Shown here: positions 61,010 to 64,000 of the stretch, in pieces
How positions within the stretch are numbered: the first letter of the stretch is position 1
How the letters are laid out: the number at the start of each line of letters is the position of its first letter
Assembly: GCA_012840355.1 (NCBI GenBank)
Contig: DULN01000010.1
Location: 226,683-290,682 of the forward strand
DNA: 64,000 bases
Reading direction: 5' to 3'
Source of the DNA: Clostridiales bacterium
GTDB lineage: Bacteria > Bacillota > Clostridia > Oscillospirales > CAG-272
Translations under genes and position numbers: made by a program
Notes under the pieces: model-generated
Databases searched by the model: none
Seen by the model: the letters and a program-made list of their open reading frames with translations, nothing else
What the model was told of the DNA's origin: nothing

Positions 61010-62767
61010 ATGAGGAAAACCAAAATCATCTGCACAATCGGCCCGGCATCCGAGAGCGAAGAGATGCTGCGGGCGATGATGCTCGCGGGCATGGACGTCG
61101 CAAGGCTCAACTTCTCGCACGGCACATACGATGAGCACAAGGCTAAAGTCGACCGCATCAAAAAGCTGCGCGAGGAGCTTGGGCTGCACACAGCGCTGAT
61201 GCTTGACACCAAAGGCCCAGAAATCCGATTGGGCAAGATTCGCGGCAGCCGGGCGATACTGGAAGCCGGCCAGAAGTTTGTGATTTACTCCGACGGGCGG
61301 GAAGGCGACTCTTCGGGCGCGTCGGTGACATATGCCGGGCTATACCGCGACGTACGGCCTGGTGGGACCATACTTATCGACGACGGGCTGATTGAGCTTG
61401 GCATCGAGGCAATACGTGGGACCGAGATTGTCTGCACGGTCCTAAACGGCGGGCCGATTTCCGACCGCAAAGGGGTAAATGTCCCGGGCGTGCACCTTTC
61501 TATCCCGTTCATGAGCGAGCGCGACCGGGCCGACCTCGCTTTCGGGGTTGAAAACGGCTTCGACTTTGTCGCCGCGTCGTTCACGCAGTCGGCTGAAAAC
61601 ATCCGAGAGTTGCGACGCGAGCTTGAAAAGCTCGGCTGCACCGAAATGCGTATAATCGCTAAAATTGAAAACGCGGCGGGCGTCGAAAACTGCGACGAGA
61701 TTTTAAACGAAGCCGACGGCATAATGGTAGCGCGCGGCGACATGGGCGTAGAGGTGCCGATGGAAACTATCCCGGGCATACAAAAAAGGCTCATCGAGCG
61801 CTGCTATATGGCGGGCAAGCACGTTATCACCGCCACGCAGATGCTCGAGTCTATGACGCAAAACCCCCGCCCGACGCGCGCCGAGATAACCGACGTGGCG
61901 AACGCCATATATGACGGAACCTCGGCTATAATGCTTTCGGCAGAGACCGCAACGGGCAAATACCCTCTCGAGGCGGTGAAAATGATGGCGAAAATAGCCG
62001 AGCAGACCGAAAGCGAGATAGATTACCACAAGCGTTTCGCGTCGCTTGAGCCAAAAGGCTATTCGAGCGTTACCGGCGCTATATCGCATGCCACATGCAC
62101 CACGGCGCACGACTTGCACGCAGCGGCGATAATAACGGTCACAAAATCGGGACATACGGCGAGAATGCTGTCTAGCTTCAGACCTGAAGTGCCGATAATC
62201 GGCTGCTCGCCCGACCCGAAGACCTGCCGGCACATGAGCATGTCGTGGGGTGTCACGCCGATTTTAATAGAGGAGAAATATAGTACCGACGAGCTGGTCG
62301 ACCACGCCGTTGAGATGGCGCAAAAGCATGGGCTCGTCGAGCATGGCGATCTTGTGGTGGTGACTACCGGCATGCCGCTTGGGGTCTCGGGCACGACCAA
62401 TATGCTCAAGGTGCAGATTGTCGGGAACGTATTGATTTCGGGTACAGGCATCGGCAAAGACGCGGTTTGCGGCACGCTATGCGTGCTACGCGAAGACGAC
62501 CCTTGCCATTGCGACTTCGAGGACGGCGACATTGTCGTCGTCTCCTCTGCATCGGAGAAAATCATCCATATACTGCGCCGCGCACGTGGGATAATTTGCG
62601 AGCGCGGCGGGGTCGATTCCTACGCCGCCATAGTCGGTCAGGCGCTCGGCATTCCCGTAATCGTTGGCGCCGTCGGTGCGACGAAGATTTTGCGCAGCGG
62701 GACGGCGGTAACGCTCGACGCGGCGCGAGGGATAGTCGTAGTCAACGATAAATGTAATGACAGATGA
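61010..62767 (+). CDS. pyk: Pyruvate kinase with a C-terminal PEP-utiliser 'swivel'-like domain
   Basis: MRKTKIICTIGPAS, MVARGDMGVEVP, SAETATGKYP. C-terminal extension of about 110 aa containing GGVDSYAAIVGQALGIPVIVG. Confidence 0.9.
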   Translation: MRKTKIICTIGPASESEEMLRAMMLAGMDVARLNFSHGTYDEHKAKVDRIKKLREELGLHTALMLDTKGPEIRLGKIRGSRAILEAGQKFVIYSDGREGDSSGASVTYAGLYRDVRPGGTILIDDGLIELGIEAIRGTEIVCTVLNGGPISDRKGVNVPGVHLSIPFMSERDRADLAFGVENGFDFVAASFTQSAENIRELRRELEKLGCTEMRIIAKIENAAGVENCDEILNEADGIMVARGDMGVEVPMETIPGIQKRLIERCYMAGKHVITATQMLESMTQNPRPTRAEITDVANAIYDGTSAIMLSAETATGKYPLEAVKMMAKIAEQTESEIDYHKRFASLEPKGYSSVTGAISHATCTTAHDLHAAAIITVTKSGHTARMLSSFRPEVPIIGCSPDPKTCRHMSMSWGVTPILIEEKYSTDELVDHAVEMAQKHGLVEHGDLVVVTTGMPLGVSGTTNMLKVQIVGNVLISGTGIGKDAVCGTLCVLREDDPCHCDFEDGDIVVVSSASEKIIHILRRARGIICERGGVDSYAAIVGQALGIPVIVGAVGATKILRSGTAVTLDAARGIVVVNDKCNDR

Positions 62768-62817
62768 ATTTTTGCCACATAATCGCTGCAAAATAAACCG
62801 AAGGGATAACTGACTTT

Positions 62818-63933
62818 ATGCTAATCCAACTTGACGAGGCAAAGCGCGAGCTAAACGAACTTCGCCAAAAAGCCGAAGAACTCGGCAAAGCTATCAACTG
62901 CGAACATCTGCGTGAAAAAGCAAAAGAGCTCGAGGCTAAAACTGCCGAGGACGGGTTTTGGGCAAACCAGGAAGAGTCGAAAAAGATTTTAAAAGAGCTA
63001 AAAAGCATCAAAGACAAGCTCGAAGAATATAGTGAGCTGCTATCAAAGATTGAAGACACCGAAACTCTTATTGAGCTAGGGCTTGAAGCGCAGGACGAAA
63101 GCGTGGTCGGCGAGGTGGTAGCGAGCGTTAAGGAAATCGCCAAGCTTGAGGAGCGCATGAGGCTTGAGACGCTGCTCACCGGCGAGTACGACTCGTACAA
63201 CGCGATTTTGTCGTTCCATCCCGGCGCGGGCGGCACAGAAGCGCAGGATTGGGCACAGATGCTGTTCCGTATGTATGTCCGCTGGGGCGAGCGGCACAAT
63301 TATTCGGTGAAAGTCGTCGATTGGCTGGAAGGCGAAGAGGCGGGGATAAAAAGCGCGACAATAACCATTTCAGGCCCAAATGCGTACGGATTTCTTAAAA
63401 GCGAGCACGGCGTGCACCGTCTTGTGCGCGTTTCGCCTTTCGATGCGTCGGGGCGCAGGCATACCTCGTTCGCGTCTGTCGAGGTTATACCCGAGTTTAC
63501 CGACGACGACGAGAAAATCGAGATAAACGAAAACGACCTTGAAATCACGACCCACCGTTCCAGCGGCGCGGGCGGCCAGCACGTCAACAAAACCGACTCG
63601 GCGGTGCGCATACTGCATAAGCCGACCGGCATAGTCGTGGGCTGCCAGTCCGAGCGCAGCCAAATCCAAAACAGGGAGACTGCGCTCCGCATGCTCAAAG
63701 CGAAGCTGCTTGAAATCAAGCAGCGGGAGAAGCTCGAGCGGATTGAGGACATAAAAGGCGTCAAGACTAACATAGAGTGGGGCTCTCAGATACGCTCATA
63801 TGTGTTTATGCCCTACACGCTGGTCAAGGACAACCGCACGGGCTACGAGGTCGGAGACATCGACGCCGTGATGGACGGGGATATTGACGGGTTTATATAC
63901 GCATATTTAATACAAAACAGCAAAATAAGCTAA
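62818..63933 (+). CDS. prfB: Peptide chain release factor 2 (single uninterrupted ORF)
   Basis: SPF tripeptide ([15 protein letters not shown]), GGQ motif ([16 protein letters not shown]). The N-terminal coiled region is in the same frame. Confidence 0.9.
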   Translation: MLIQLDEAKRELNELRQKAEELGKAINCEHLREKAKELEAKTAEDGFWANQEESKKILKELKSIKDKLEEYSELLSKIEDTETLIELGLEAQDESVVGEVVASVKEIAKLEERMRLETLLTGEYDSYNAILSFHPGAGGTEAQDWAQMLFRMYVRWGERHNYSVKVVDWLEGEEAGIKSATITISGPNAYGFLKSEHGVHRLVRVSPFDASGRRHTSFASVEVIPEFTDDDEKIEINENDLEITTHRSSGAGGQHVNKTDSAVRILHKPTGIVVGCQSERSQIQNRETALRMLKAKLLEIKQREKLERIEDIKGVKTNIEWGSQIRSYVFMPYTLVKDNRTGYEVGDIDAVMDGDIDGFIYAYLIQNSKIS

Positions 63934-63949
63934 ACGGAGGGGACCGCAA

Positions 63950-64000
63950 TGCTAAAGAAAACAAGGTTTTATATAGGGCTGACCCTGATTGTGCAGTCTC
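63950..64000 (+). CDS. 5' end of an unknown ORF (truncated by the window edge)
   Basis: ATG preceded by GGAGGGG. It begins MLKKTRFYIGLTLIVQS (signal/TM-like). Too short to classify. Confidence 0.3.

Noticed and set aside
62818-63933. Looked for the programmed +1 frameshift site (CUU UGA C-type) usual in prfB
   Set aside because: The RF2 ORF is continuous from its ATG, and the region equivalent to E. coli codons 20-30 reads [10 protein letters not shown] in frame. I saw no upstream short ORF ending in an in-frame UGA. A number of bacterial lineages carry non-frameshifted prfB, so I treat this as normal rather than a finding.
1-64000. Window-wide search for CRISPR arrays, long direct or inverted repeats, IS elements, and prophage or integrase genes
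   Set aside because: I found no regularly spaced repeats, no transposase/integrase/recombinase-like ORFs and no phage structural genes. I noticed no compositional break by eye apart from the normal AT-rich intergenic regions.

Overview
GC-rich (about 55-60% by eye) chromosomal segment that looks like the core genome of an endospore-forming Clostridia member, possibly Oscillospiraceae/Ruminococcaceae-like; this taxonomic guess rests only on gene content such as yabP-yabQ-divIC, a SpoVB-like flippase, hemZ and miaB-mutS-mutL. I can support about 57 protein-coding genes, one tRNA-Glu(CUC), one T-box (Trp) leader, and several near-consensus sigma-A-type promoters and intrinsic terminators. I found no rRNA, CRISPR array, transposase, integrase or obvious prophage.

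Gene content is mostly housekeeping:
- DNA repair: radA, a family-4 UDG, mutS, mutL.
- tRNA modification: tgt, miaB, trmK.
- Glycolysis: pfk, pyk.
- Nucleoside salvage: mtaD, punA, a udk-like kinase.
- Cell division and sporulation genes, a polar amino-acid ABC importer, cell-wall hydrolase-like genes and glycoside hydrolases.

The most unusual locus is at 35159..39379 on the minus strand. It encodes a TerB-N/TerB-C protein and a DUF2791 (BrxC/BrxD-type) P-loop ATPase, which is the Shango-like core, but no helicase partner is present anywhere in the window. The ATPase gene is translationally coupled to a doubly anchored leucine-rich-repeat lipoprotein, and the module heads a long, tightly packed array that continues with dtd and hemZ. 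It is transcribed divergently from an AmmeMemoRadiSam pair (a LigB/Memo-like-AMMECR1 fusion plus a radical SAM enzyme).

Secondary points:
- A T-box(Trp)-controlled solitary trpB.
- An Amidase_6 protein with a roughly 440-aa disordered tail.
- An acyl-AMP ligase + ACP pair.
- A 5'-terminal terminator-like hairpin in the leader of a zinc-ribbon gene.
- A pyruvate kinase whose C-terminal swivel domain has lost its phospho-histidine.

All domain calls come from motif recognition by eye. No searches were run.
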